A program made the translations under genes and the position numbers. Shown piece after piece: positions 37,549 through 48,500 of a stretch of DNA of 61,166 bases (positions are counted from its first letter, which is position 1; each line of letters starts with the position of its first letter). Under the pieces are notes generated by a model. It worked only from the letters and a program-made list of their open reading frames with translations. It was not told the origin of the DNA and did no database searches. Source of the DNA: a virus (lineage: Duplodnaviria > Caudoviricetes); IMG/VR virus record IMGVR_UViG_3300042291_001346, positions 1 through 61,166 of that record; one strand, 5' to 3'.

Positions 37549-38490
37549 ATGGAAAAAACAGCAACAGCTGAAAAGATCGTCTACGGGTCTTTTCTTCAAG
37601 ACAGAATTGTCAGCATTAAACCAGTAGAATCAGCGGGTAAATGGAGTAACTTATTAGTTGCAAATCAGGATAATAAAAAGGATCCTTTTTTGTACAACAA
37701 AATAAAAAGAAGCTACCAAGTTCCTCTTAACAGTGAGAACCGTGGTGGTGGAGTAAAAGTAATTTTGGATGACTCAGTAAGAGTAAAAATCCAAAAATAC
37801 ATGGAGTCTCATCCAAACGGGATGACTCAAAAAGAGTTCTTTGAAAAAGAATTAGGAGTAGATTTAAACCCTACACTAATTGCAGATAAAAACTTCTGGA
37901 GATCAGATAGAAGAGGTCGTGTAATTCTAACTAAAGAAGGAGCTACATTAAACCTTAACTATTCTCTAGACATGCTTAAGTACTTAATCTTATTATCTAA
38001 TAAGATGCTAGTTTCTCCATCTTACGATGAAAGAGTAAACAAAGCAACTTACGAGTTTATGATTGTAGACGAAAGCAAAGTAACGACTAAGAAACTTGCA
38101 GAGGCAAATGTTAAAGCACAAGCTTTTGTTAAGTTCGCAGAAATTACAAACAGCAAGAAATCTACTATTGGATTTATTAAATCTCTTGGTAGAACAATTC
38201 CTGCTACAGCAACAGAAGATTGGTTGAAAGCAGAGGTGCTTAATATTGTTGATACAAATCCTAATTATTTCTTGGATATTGTAAACCATCCACAATATAA
38301 TGAGCGTATCTTTGTACAAGAAGCTACAGAAGCTGGAGCTATTATTAGAAAAGGTGAGAAGCGTTATACACTTGATAACGGAGCAGAGTTAGGAGAACTT
38401 ACAGATGTAATTAACTACCTACTTAATCCTGACAATCAAGAAGTTAAACTTCGCATCAAAGCAAAAATTGACATGACTAAACGTAATTAA
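37549..38490 (+). CDS. Conserved crAss-like protein downstream of MCP
   Basis: 313 aa; position; LNLNYSLD and YLLNPDNQEV patterns. Confidence 0.7.
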   Translation: MEKTATAEKIVYGSFLQDRIVSIKPVESAGKWSNLLVANQDNKKDPFLYNKIKRSYQVPLNSENRGGGVKVILDDSVRVKIQKYMESHPNGMTQKEFFEKELGVDLNPTLIADKNFWRSDRRGRVILTKEGATLNLNYSLDMLKYLILLSNKMLVSPSYDERVNKATYEFMIVDESKVTTKKLAEANVKAQAFVKFAEITNSKKSTIGFIKSLGRTIPATATEDWLKAEVLNIVDTNPNYFLDIVNHPQYNERIFVQEATEAGAIIRKGEKRYTLDNGAELGELTDVINYLLNPDNQEVKLRIKAKIDMTKRN

Positions 38491-38492
38491 AA

Positions 38493-39257
38493 ATGACTGC
38501 AAATCAAATGGCCGATGAGTTAGAACTAAAGTTAGATCGTTCAGACAGCTTTGGTTCTCCAGGATACGAGGATTTTGAATTATCTTCTGTCTTAACAGAA
38601 GCGGAACATTTGTATGTTAAAAAGTTTTACGATGAGTTAAATAATCGAAAAGGCAAAGGCTTTGAGGAAATTGAAATACGAAACCAAGGACTAGCAGCGT
38701 TAGTACAAGACGCTGCTTCTTGTCCAGTTTCAGCGTCGCAAGTAGGCGTACTTGCAACGAATAATGTGATAGGCAAGTTCTTTGATTTACCAAGTAATCA
38801 CATGTATACTATCTTTGAGCAGTGTACCATAAATAAAAATTTATGTGGAACCACTACTCCTATGAAAGCATATGTTATCACTGTAGCGCACAGTGAAATA
38901 CAAAGATTCGATTGGAGTAAGTACAAACGTCCTTACTACAGCACAACAGGTGACGCAAGAGTATGGCGTTCAGAGTTTAGCAGAACAGTGTCAGGTATTA
39001 ACCCTAATACTACTGCTACAGCGAAACGCCACGAGCTATTCACTGATGGAACTTTTAATATCGTAGATTACAATATGCGATATCTTAAGAATCCTGAAGC
39101 AATAGTAGTAAACAGGGTGTCTCCTTCGAGTCAAAAAAATTGTGAGTTTGATGAATCAACTCACAGAGTAATTATAGACATGGCAACAGATTTAATGATG
39201 CAACGTGTCAAAGAACAAAAAGCACAACTTATAGAGCCACTTAAGGATCTAGAATAA
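38493..39257 (+). CDS. Head-tail ring/adaptor protein
   Basis: YNMRYLKNP..CEFDESTHRVIIDMA. Confidence 0.65.
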   Translation: MTANQMADELELKLDRSDSFGSPGYEDFELSSVLTEAEHLYVKKFYDELNNRKGKGFEEIEIRNQGLAALVQDAASCPVSASQVGVLATNNVIGKFFDLPSNHMYTIFEQCTINKNLCGTTTPMKAYVITVAHSEIQRFDWSKYKRPYYSTTGDARVWRSEFSRTVSGINPNTTATAKRHELFTDGTFNIVDYNMRYLKNPEAIVVNRVSPSSQKNCEFDESTHRVIIDMATDLMMQRVKEQKAQLIEPLKDLE

Positions 39258-39290
39258 ATAACGATTATTAATTTTAAAACTTAAACAAAA

Positions 39291-40580
39291 ATGTTTAGAG
39301 AAGCAAACAACGTATTTAGTGTCGTTCTTAGTGACGTAACTAAATTAACTGCTAACCTACCTGCTGTAGGAACTGTGGTAACAAATGCCAACCTTGAGTC
39401 TGGCGCAGTAGTATTATGTGATATGGGAATGCGTCGTTTAGATGCAACTGCATATACAGCTTTGGCTGCTACAGCACAATACTTTGTAGTACAAGGTCGT
39501 GGAGCAAACACTTCACTTATGAGATCTCCTGCGATTACTAAAGGAACTACAAATTTTTCTATTGCTAAATACAAAGCACCAGTACAACAAGTAACTTATG
39601 TTGGTTACAATGGTACAACAGGAGCTTTGCCAACAGCAAACAACAGTGATTTCTGGATCAAAGTTCGTAAACGTGATAACGATGCTGCTAACCGTTCTCA
39701 ACCAATGAGTTTATTTGCAGGTCCAGTTAAAACTGACGCTACAGGTAATCAAGCAGAGTTGGCTACATTGTTAGTGAAATCTGGTTACAAAAACTTTACA
39801 TCACAAGAGCCTGCAAATGGTTACTTGAAAATGGAAGCAGTTTGTAACAATGCTGGTGCTTCTATTACAGGTGCTCCAACATCTTTTGGTGTAACTTACC
39901 GTTCTAAAGTAGTTACTATTACAGGTACAGCTACTTCTAACGTTGCTGTAGGAGATTACATCCGTTTAGGAGGTACTACAACTACAACTCCAGTTTACCA
40001 AGTTGCTGCAGTAACTGCAACAACTATCACATTGTCTTCTTTCTATGTAGGTGATACAGCAACTATTCTTGTAGCAAGTGCTCAAGTTATTGCTGCTGCA
40101 ACTGCTGCAACTGCTACATTTGGAATTAAATTGACAGGTGTTCCTGCTCCATTTAACGTAAACACTATGCGTGATTACTACGCAAACCGTTTCACTACTA
40201 CTTTCTCTGATTCTTCAGTATTGATTTCAGTAGCTGGTGCTCAAAATGGTAATGGTGCTTGGCAACAAGTTGCAATGGACGAATACTTATCTTACGGATT
40301 CGAAGGAGAAAACAACCAATTGGCTGTTCCATCTTTAGCTCGTGATCAGTATGTTAAGATCCCTGGTGTTGGTTCTCTTGTAGCTGCTGACTGTACATAC
40401 TCTGCATTAAGCATTGCTTGGACAGAAGATATGAGAGGTCTTGTATCTATGGCTCCTGCTAAAGGAAACGTAATTGTTTGGTTAAACCTTTCAAGTGCAG
40501 GAAGTTTATCTGCTACTACTAATACAGGTAACCAATTAGTAACGTCTTTTGGATTAACTGCATCAGACTTTAACGCGTAA
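39291..40580 (+). CDS. Auxiliary capsid / virion structural protein
   Basis: Ala/Thr-rich, highly expressed codon style, NGNGAWQQVA. Confidence 0.6.
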   Translation: MFREANNVFSVVLSDVTKLTANLPAVGTVVTNANLESGAVVLCDMGMRRLDATAYTALAATAQYFVVQGRGANTSLMRSPAITKGTTNFSIAKYKAPVQQVTYVGYNGTTGALPTANNSDFWIKVRKRDNDAANRSQPMSLFAGPVKTDATGNQAELATLLVKSGYKNFTSQEPANGYLKMEAVCNNAGASITGAPTSFGVTYRSKVVTITGTATSNVAVGDYIRLGGTTTTTPVYQVAAVTATTITLSSFYVGDTATILVASAQVIAAATAATATFGIKLTGVPAPFNVNTMRDYYANRFTTTFSDSSVLISVAGAQNGNGAWQQVAMDEYLSYGFEGENNQLAVPSLARDQYVKIPGVGSLVAADCTYSALSIAWTEDMRGLVSMAPAKGNVIVWLNLSSAGSLSATTNTGNQLVTSFGLTASDFNA

Positions 40581-40592
40581 TTCTCCGCCCAC

Positions 40593-40644
40593 AGTAGTCC
40601 CATCACAAAAATTTTGCTGTCTTTGTGGTGGGCTACTATATTTT
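40593..40644 (+). terminator. Long hairpin/terminator with antisense-like loop
   Basis: AGTAGTCCCATCACAAA / TTTGTGGTGGGCTACT stem with loop AATTTTGCTGTC. Confidence 0.7.
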
Positions 40645-40647
40645 CCT

Positions 40648-40655
40648 TAAATTTG
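40648..40655 (+). promoter_or_regulatory. Possible -7 promoter box
   Basis: TAAATTTG 18 nt upstream of ATG 40674. Confidence 0.45.
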
Positions 40656-40673
40656 ATTAAATAATTAATTCGT

Positions 40674-41504
40674 ATGGCACTAGTTCCTAAAATATCGGTT
40701 TCTTTTACAGGTAAATGTAACAAAGTCACTTTAGTCGAAACTACTAAGCCATATGAAGCAGCAAACTTAGGAGGTTGGGGAACTCCTAATATTAATACAT
40801 CAGTTATTACTTTAGCTTATGTTTCATTTTACCCTACCTCTACTCCTCCTACAGCTATTAATGCTTCAGGTACAGGTTCAATATCAGGTAATGTATTTAC
40901 TGACACTACTCATCTCTCTGGTACTTTTGCAATTGGGCAAACGTTAGTAGGAATAGGTATTGCTACAGGTACTACAATTACAGGATTTCTTACAGGAACA
41001 GGTAATAACAATGGAGGCACTTACACAGTAAGTATCCCTCAAACAGTAACATCTACAACAATTTCAGGTATATCTGTCTCTGCTAATTACTATTTAAAAA
41101 ATGGTAGCACAAATGTATATGCAACAGCTACGGGTGCTCCTACACCAGGGACGTTTACAGCTATTAATGAAGCTTCATGGACAAATCCTGATGGAGTATA
41201 TCAAGTAGTATATACTGTACAAGTAGGAGCTACTACTTACAAAAATAAAACACAGCATGTTTTATTTTTATGCAATTTATGCAATTGCAAGGATGCTTTA
41301 ATAGTTAAATTATTAAAAGCATGTGATACTAAGGCAGTTATTAAATTAAAAGAACAAGTAGATCAGATGGAGATTTTTATGTATGGAATCAAATCAGCTT
41401 TTGCTTGTGCAGATTTTGATACAGTAGAAACTCTTTTAGATGCTGCAACTAAATATTGTCAAACAATTTCTGACTGCGCCGATTGTGGTTGCGGTGGATG
41501 CTAA
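40674..41504 (+). CDS. Virion/tail-hub structural protein with Cys-rich C-terminus
   Basis: Thr/Gly beta-rich core, PDGVY, ends CADCGCGGC. Confidence 0.7.
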   Translation: MALVPKISVSFTGKCNKVTLVETTKPYEAANLGGWGTPNINTSVITLAYVSFYPTSTPPTAINASGTGSISGNVFTDTTHLSGTFAIGQTLVGIGIATGTTITGFLTGTGNNNGGTYTVSIPQTVTSTTISGISVSANYYLKNGSTNVYATATGAPTPGTFTAINEASWTNPDGVYQVVYTVQVGATTYKNKTQHVLFLCNLCNCKDALIVKLLKACDTKAVIKLKEQVDQMEIFMYGIKSAFACADFDTVETLLDAATKYCQTISDCADCGCGGC

Positions 41505-41515
41505 TACTTTTTATT

Positions 41516-42094
41516 ATGTGCGACTGCGCTAACTGTGATGAAATAACGTTATTTGAAGGTACTGACGGTAACGGTATTGTTTCTACATCTTATAATTCAG
41601 GAACAGGAGTTTTAACTTTGTATTATACTGATGGTACAACATATAGTACTACTAGTTTAATAGGGCCGACAGGACCCGCTGGACCTACTAACTATGCACC
41701 TGTTTTATATACTAATAATGCATTAGGGTCAGGAACATCAGGGACTTTTCCTACAAGTGCTGTATTACCGAGCATGACTTATACGATTCCTGCAGGAGGA
41801 GCAGGTACTTACGAAGTATTATTTGTAGCAAGTTCTGAATTTACTTTCAGCAGTACGACAAATAATACTATAGGAATTAATATATTTAAAAACGGTACTA
41901 TAGTCGGAGCTAATAATAGTAAAGCAATTAAAATGAGTGGTGTATCTGGAGAAAGTTTTAGTATTCCAGTTACAGTACTAGCTAGTAACATTACAGGAGC
42001 AGTAGGAGATATTATCACAGTACAAAGTACCTCTACATCACCTACAACTGCTTATTTAATATTAGGAATTTTAAAAATTAATAAAGTAGCATAA
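41516..42094 (+). CDS. Short fibre protein with mini collagen repeat and C1q/BclA-like end
   Basis: Start MCDCANC at 41516; GPTGPAGPT. Confidence 0.6.
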   Translation: MCDCANCDEITLFEGTDGNGIVSTSYNSGTGVLTLYYTDGTTYSTTSLIGPTGPAGPTNYAPVLYTNNALGSGTSGTFPTSAVLPSMTYTIPAGGAGTYEVLFVASSEFTFSSTTNNTIGINIFKNGTIVGANNSKAIKMSGVSGESFSIPVTVLASNITGAVGDIITVQSTSTSPTTAYLILGILKINKVA

Positions 42095-42654
42095 TGTCGT
42101 GTACTTGTCTACAAGTTAATGTAACACCCGCATCTACAGGTATAGCAGAAACTATACAGGTAAATGGCGTTTTAGTGTCAGGTTCTTATACCTATACATT
42201 TACTGTTGATGGGCAAGAATATACAATATTTTGGGATGGGGAACAATGGTCATTATTTGCCGTAGTTGCAGGTCCTGATATTTTTTTAGGATCCAATAGT
42301 AATATAGATTGTCCTACAGGAGAATGGACATTAGATCCTGATTTATGGCCTTATTACTTTGATGCATTCGGTACAACAAATTGCCCAGATCCAGAACCTA
42401 CTCCACAAGAAGTGGCCACTAATTGTTATAATTTATTAGTTTGGAAGAAGCAATGTGAGTTTGGAAAAGAGGTTGCTAAATATTTAAAATTACTACAGTT
42501 TGGAGTTACTTGTTGTAATGAATTAGAAGAATTAAAAAATAAGCGTAGAGCGTTATTAATTCTTAATTGTTACGATACAAGGGATATTCCGAACAATACC
42601 ACTGAGTATAATACTTTGACATATAGTCAAATAAAAGAATTATTAGAATATTAA
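42094..42654 (+). CDS. Cys-rich structural protein
   Basis: TAATG-coupled; MSCTC start. Confidence 0.65.
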   Translation: MSCTCLQVNVTPASTGIAETIQVNGVLVSGSYTYTFTVDGQEYTIFWDGEQWSLFAVVAGPDIFLGSNSNIDCPTGEWTLDPDLWPYYFDAFGTTNCPDPEPTPQEVATNCYNLLVWKKQCEFGKEVAKYLKLLQFGVTCCNELEELKNKRRALLILNCYDTRDIPNNTTEYNTLTYSQIKELLEY

Positions 42655-42673
42655 TATATGTAATTTTAAAATT

Positions 42674-43552
42674 ATGACACAATATGATGTTAAAGTGGCT
42701 AATGACGCTTCTATACAAGAAATTTTTTTTGACAAAAATACTAACAAACTATCTTATAAAAATGAATACGGTATTATTGTAGCATTTGCTCCTATAACTG
42801 GCGCACCTGCTTGGTTCGAATTTAATGCTACTGACTTAACCATTTGGAATAATGGTAAAGGAAATTTTGATACTAATACCTCATATGGAGATAGAGCTTT
42901 ACGTTCAAATATTGGAGCTACTGGAAGTACAGCTATTGGTTATAATGCACTGTCTACTTCAGTTAGTGCCTCTAATAGTACTGCTGTAGGTTATTCTGCT
43001 TTGGCATCTTCGTTAACAGGAGGAAATAATACTGCTGTAGGATTTCAAGCTTTAATGAGTACAACAACAGGAAATTCTCTTGTTGCTGTTGGAGATAATG
43101 CTCTATCTAGTAATACACTTGGTAATAATTCTGTTGCAGTTGGTTCAAACGCATTATCAAGTCAAATTGGTCAAAATGGTGTTGCTACAAACAATGTAGC
43201 AGTAGGTAGTAACGCACTTACAAATACAACGACTAGTAAAGAGAATACCGCTATTGGATCAGTATCATTTCTTTCTAATACAACAGGTATTGCAAATGTT
43301 GGTTTAGGTTATTTTACTGGAACAGGTAATACTACTGGTTCAGGTAATATTGCTATAGGCCATACGGTAGCTACGGGAAATTTCAGTAACTCAATTATAA
43401 TAGGTAGAGAAGCTTCTGCTACTGCAAGTAATCAATTTGTAATTGGATCAGCAACATACAACGCTGGTGCTGTAACTACAGAGGCTGTATCAAGTACTAA
43501 AACTTGGACAGTAGTAATTAATGGGGTTGTTCAAAAAATACTTTTAGCATAA
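42674..43552 (+). CDS. Beta-roll (YadA-head-like) repeat fibre protein
   Basis: About 14-aa repeats NTAVG/STAIG/NVAVG..AL. Confidence 0.75.
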   Translation: MTQYDVKVANDASIQEIFFDKNTNKLSYKNEYGIIVAFAPITGAPAWFEFNATDLTIWNNGKGNFDTNTSYGDRALRSNIGATGSTAIGYNALSTSVSASNSTAVGYSALASSLTGGNNTAVGFQALMSTTTGNSLVAVGDNALSSNTLGNNSVAVGSNALSSQIGQNGVATNNVAVGSNALTNTTTSKENTAIGSVSFLSNTTGIANVGLGYFTGTGNTTGSGNIAIGHTVATGNFSNSIIIGREASATASNQFVIGSATYNAGAVTTEAVSSTKTWTVVINGVVQKILLA

Positions 43553-43755
43553 TGGAAAATTTAACTCAAGAGCAAATTGCTCAGAACGTAGCAGCTGCAT
43601 TTGATAGCGTAGATTTAATTAATCTAGCACAAGAAGATGCTGATACAATTGAAAGAAATATTGAACATCTTACAATTATGATGAGCAAAGATTGGTTTGT
43701 GAATGCCTTAACCAATACACAAAAAATAGATATTACTAAAATTATTACTAATTAA
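43552..43755 (+). CDS. Small protein coupled to the fibre gene (possible chaperone)
   Basis: TAATG overlap. Confidence 0.65.
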   Translation: MENLTQEQIAQNVAAAFDSVDLINLAQEDADTIERNIEHLTIMMSKDWFVNALTNTQKIDITKIITN

Positions 43756-43786
43756 TATATTAATTTAGTACTTAAAAAAATAAATC

Positions 43787-44122
43787 ATGCCAAATAGAGA
43801 AGTCAAAATACACGGAGGTCCTAGTAACACTGCCGTAAAAGTCAATGGACAAGAAGAGCTGTTAGTAAAACAAAGTATGGTAGGTAGTTCTACATTAGTT
43901 ATCAATGATAATAATGCAGTTACTGGAAATTTTGAATCTATTGTAGTTTTAGAAGATACTTTGTTCAGTAACATTTCAGTTGCAGGTGCTAATGTTTTAA
44001 CTTCATTAGTTACTACTCCAGCAACCGCTGTAAAAGCAGGTGCTATTATTTCTTGGGGTTTAGGACAACCTATTACAACTATTCAATTAGCTAGCGGTTC
44101 AGTATTAGCAGTAAGAAAATAA
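43787..44122 (+). CDS. Beta-rich structural protein
   Basis: 111 aa; ends ITTIQLASGSVLA. Confidence 0.65.
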   Translation: MPNREVKIHGGPSNTAVKVNGQEELLVKQSMVGSSTLVINDNNAVTGNFESIVVLEDTLFSNISVAGANVLTSLVTTPATAVKAGAIISWGLGQPITTIQLASGSVLAVRK

Positions 44123-44123
44123 A

Positions 44124-44996
44124 ATGAGTTACGGTCTAGCATATACTCCTTATAATACTAATCTATTTTTAAATAATAGTGGTAGTTTCCCAGTATTTGA
44201 TCCAGATGCTATGGCATTTATAGCTGCTGCCAATATTATTGATATGACGCAACAAAGTGCCATAAATAATCTTGTAGTCAGTTTAAAAGCAAGCAATATT
44301 TGGGATAAAATGAAAGCAATCTACCCATTTGTAGGAGGTACTGCATTTTCTCACAAATTTAACCTTAAAGATCCTAGAGATTTAGATGTTGCATTTAGAT
44401 TAGTATTTAGCGGAGGGTGGATTCATGACTCAAATGGAGTTATTCCAAATGGAATAAATGCTTATGCAGATACAAAATATATTGCTTCTGTTAATAACAA
44501 TTCCACAGACTATTCATCATTATCTTTTTACTCAAAAACAAATAGTATTACATCTGCTATTCAAGTAGAAATGGGAGCTTCCCAGTTTTCATCACCTACA
44601 GGAGCCTTTGCTTTATTTGCATCATTTAATGATGTAGGACAAAATGCAAGTTTTCAATCAGATTTTCCAAATGCGTTTCCTTATAACTATTGGTCAGTAG
44701 CAGCCCCAAATACAAACACAACAGGGTTTTATTGTGGTAGCGCAGGTTCTGGTAATATAGATCTTTATAAAGACGGTATACTACTTGCGCAAAATACAAG
44801 TGCTAAAGTATCAACAAGAACTTCCCCAACTATTCCTCTAATTATAGGAGCTGATAATTATAATGGAGTACCAAGAAGATATTCTGTTAAAAACTGTGCA
44901 TTTGCACATATTGGAGCAACTCTTGATAATAGCGCTGCAGTTAATTTATATGATGCAGTACAACATTTTCAAACAGATTTATCCAGACAAGTATGA
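44124..44996 (+). CDS. Putative tail/lectin-like (ConA/LamG) protein
   Basis: DAMAFIAAA..AINNLV..WDKMKAIYPFVGG N-domain plus beta-sandwich with LYKDG. Confidence 0.6.
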   Translation: MSYGLAYTPYNTNLFLNNSGSFPVFDPDAMAFIAAANIIDMTQQSAINNLVVSLKASNIWDKMKAIYPFVGGTAFSHKFNLKDPRDLDVAFRLVFSGGWIHDSNGVIPNGINAYADTKYIASVNNNSTDYSSLSFYSKTNSITSAIQVEMGASQFSSPTGAFALFASFNDVGQNASFQSDFPNAFPYNYWSVAAPNTNTTGFYCGSAGSGNIDLYKDGILLAQNTSAKVSTRTSPTIPLIIGADNYNGVPRRYSVKNCAFAHIGATLDNSAAVNLYDAVQHFQTDLSRQV

Positions 44997-45244
44997 AGCT
45001 AGTAGATATAACAACAGAAAATTTAAACACATTAGTAGGATTACTAACTGTAGAACAAAAAGAATCATTAGTAGGCGTAAAATACACAGATGATTCATAT
45101 TATAATCCTATTCAGGATATAAATGATAATTGGGTAATATCTACAGAAGAGATGATTTACACTACTAATCCTGATACAATGTGGGTTAAAGACCTTGATC
45201 TAATTGATTATATAGCTAAACCTGAAGCTCCAGAGCTTAATTAA
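44993..45244 (+). CDS. Hypothetical protein
   Basis: ATGA-coupled; YNPIQDINDNWVIS. Confidence 0.7.
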   Translation: MKLVDITTENLNTLVGLLTVEQKESLVGVKYTDDSYYNPIQDINDNWVISTEEMIYTTNPDTMWVKDLDLIDYIAKPEAPELN

Positions 45245-45252
45245 TTATAACT

Positions 45253-45585
45253 ATGTTAAACTTAACTGCCAAACGAGGAGATACTTTTAATGAAGTACCT
45301 TTTCAAATAAATAAAGATGGAGTTCCAATTGATTTAACAGGTGCTGTCATTCACATGCAGTTACGTAAAAGTCCTAATACTCAAGTATATTTAAATTTAA
45401 TTTCGACAGGTAGTGCAGGTATTACTATTACTAATGCTGTCAATGGAGAATTTAAAATTAATCAAATGATTATGACATTAGAAGCTAATGTCTATCTTTA
45501 CGATATTGAAATTACATTTCCTACAGGCGAAGTTAGAACTTGGATTTCTGGACAATTTACAGTTGTAAATGATATTACACAATGA
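45253..45585 (+). CDS. BppU-N-like tail adaptor protein
   Basis: RGDTF..IDLTGA..YLYDIEI..G.F.V..DIT. Confidence 0.7.
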   Translation: MLNLTAKRGDTFNEVPFQINKDGVPIDLTGAVIHMQLRKSPNTQVYLNLISTGSAGITITNAVNGEFKINQMIMTLEANVYLYDIEITFPTGEVRTWISGQFTVVNDITQ

Positions 45586-48500
45586 GTGAAATTATTGATA
45601 TATCAGTTGGCATTACAGAAGAGCGTATTGAAATTAGCACTACAGAAGTTGGTATTCCCGAAATTAATGCTACGCCAACTATTATTGAAGTAAATATTGT
45701 CACAGGCACAGCTATTAATCCTCAATCTTACGATTTAAGCGATTTTACTAATAATAGTTCTAATCCTTTTGTACAGTATAGTGCTTTAGCAGGATTTGTT
45801 CCTACATCAAGATTAATTACAATTAATGGAGTTACTCAAGATTTATCTATTGATCGTTCTTGGACAGTAACAGCCGCAACTGTTTGGGGAGGTATTACAG
45901 GTACATTAGCACTACAAACAGATTTACAGTCAGCATTAAATGCTAAACAAAATATTCTTACATTAACTACTACTGGTTCCAGCGGTGCGTCAACATTAAT
46001 TGGTGCTACATTAAATATTCCTACTTATACTTTAGCAGGCCTTGGGGGCATATCTCTTACATCGTTAAGCTCTACAGCAACAGGATTAACTTACACTAAC
46101 ACAACAGGTGTATTTAGTTTAACATCAGGATATTTAATACCTACAACAGCCAGTTATAACAATGCAAATTGGGATTCAGCTTATACAAATAGAATAACTA
46201 GTTTAACGACTACTGGCTCAGGTGCTGCTACACTCATCGGTAACGTATTAAATATACCTACTCCTGCAGCAGCAACATTTGTATCATTAACTACAACTGG
46301 ATCATCAGGCTCTTCTACTTTAATAGGAGGAATACTAAATGTACCTACATACACATTAAGTGGATTAGGAGGAGTCCCTGATTCCCGCACACTTACTATT
46401 AATGGTACGACTTATGATTTATCGGCAGATAGATCTTGGACAATTGCAACAGGCCTTACTGTAGGAACTACCCCTATTTCTTCTGGAACAGTTGGTCGTA
46501 TACTATTTGAAGGTGCAGGAAATGTACTTCAAGAATCAGCTAACTTGTTTTGGGACAATACAAACGGAAGATTAGGAATTGGAGGAACTCCTGGTGCATT
46601 TAACTTAGATGTGGTAGGTACTGCGAAAGTGAGTGGGAATATAACAGTCGGTTCATCTACTCAATATTTAAATACTTATTCCGATGGAAGTGGGTATAAA
46701 GGAATAAATATGTTTAGCAGCGGAAATTTTCAGACAAAAATTATTTCTGCTGCTGGGGGCGCTCAATTTTCAGGTTATGACGGTAGCGATGTTTTACATT
46801 GGAGACTACAATCAGGTGCATTAAATATTAATAGAATCTTTAGCGGTTCCTTAGCATCTGTTACTTATTCTCCTTTAGCTTTTGAATCAAATTACTTTCC
46901 TACATCTACATCAGTTGCTGCATATACTTTTAAAACCTTTACATCATCAGGGAGTGGTGTAACTATTCAACGTTTGCAAATGTTTAATGGTGATAATGGA
47001 AAAATTGTACTTAATGAAACAGGCGGTAATGTTCTTATAGGTACATCTACAGATGCAGGATTTAAATTAGACGTAAACGGAACCACTAGGCTACAAGCTA
47101 ACACTACTATTGTTGGAACAAATACACCATTATCAATTACAGGAAATGGAACATCTGCTTTTTCAATGAATTCAGGTAATGATGTTTATTTTGCTTTTAG
47201 TTCACAAAGTGCAGTAGGTAGGTTTTATGCTAACCCACAAGGAACAATTCAAAATACTTATGACAGACCTGTAAGTGTTGGATTTGTTGGAACATTAGCA
47301 GGTAGTGATGTATGGTATGGTAATATGCATCCTAATGGAGGAGCGGTTAAATATAATGCTTCTGAAAATGGAGCAAGTCATTCGCACATTTGGTATTATA
47401 ATTTTACTGAGAGAATGCGCTTAGTTTCATCAGGTAATTTACTTATTGGAACTAGTACAGATTCAGGTTACAAGTTAGATGTTCAAGGTAATACTAGAAT
47501 TACAGGAGCTATATATGATTCAACTGCTTCTCCAGGAACATCTGGTCAAGTACTATCATCTACAGTTACAGGTACTGCTTGGCAATCTCTTCCTTCGCTT
47601 ACAGGATTTGTTCCCTACACGGGAGCAACTACAAATGTAGATTTAGGTGAATACGAACTTAAAGCAGGGCAGTTAACTCTAGATTTAACTCCAACAGGTA
47701 CTGCCGCTATAGGTACAACGCAGTGGAATGATTCTATTGGAGCTTCCCAAACTACTTTAAAAGGTGGTACAGTTATCTTAAAAAATGGAGTAGACTTAGT
47801 TGCTAGAGTAGTAAACAAAGTTACTCCTAATGCTACATTAACCAAAGCAAATTATACAGCAGTAAGAATAAGCGGTGCACAAGGTCAAAGGTTAGCAGTA
47901 GAATATGCACAAGCCAACAATGACAATAATAGTGCTGATACAATAGGATTAGTATGCGAAACAATTGCTACTAATCAAGAAGGTTTTATTATTACTGTTG
48001 GGCAAATTGAGGATGTTAATACAACAGGTAGTTTACAAGGTGAAACATGGGCAGATGGGGATGTATTATATTTATCGCCTACTGTTGCAGGAAGACTGAC
48101 TAATATTAAACCAACTGGGTTAACAGGGCATATTGTTGTAATGGGGTATGTAGAGTATGCACATGCAGTACATGGAAAGATATATGTAAAAGTAATGAAT
48201 GGTTGGGAGCTTGATGAGCTTCACAATGTATATATTAATACGACTACTCTTGCTAACAATGATTTGATTCAGTATGATTCATCAGATTCATTATGGAAGA
48301 ATAAATCATTATCAGCAGCTGGTATTCAATCTACAATAACATTAACTACTACAGGAACAAGTGGGCCTGCTACATTAGTTGGATCTACATTAAACATTCC
48401 TCAGTATGGAGGAGGAGGTGGTGGAGGAACTATATATAAATTAACTGCACAGACATTAACTGCTGCTAGCTGGACTTTGTCAGGAAGTTATTATATTTAC

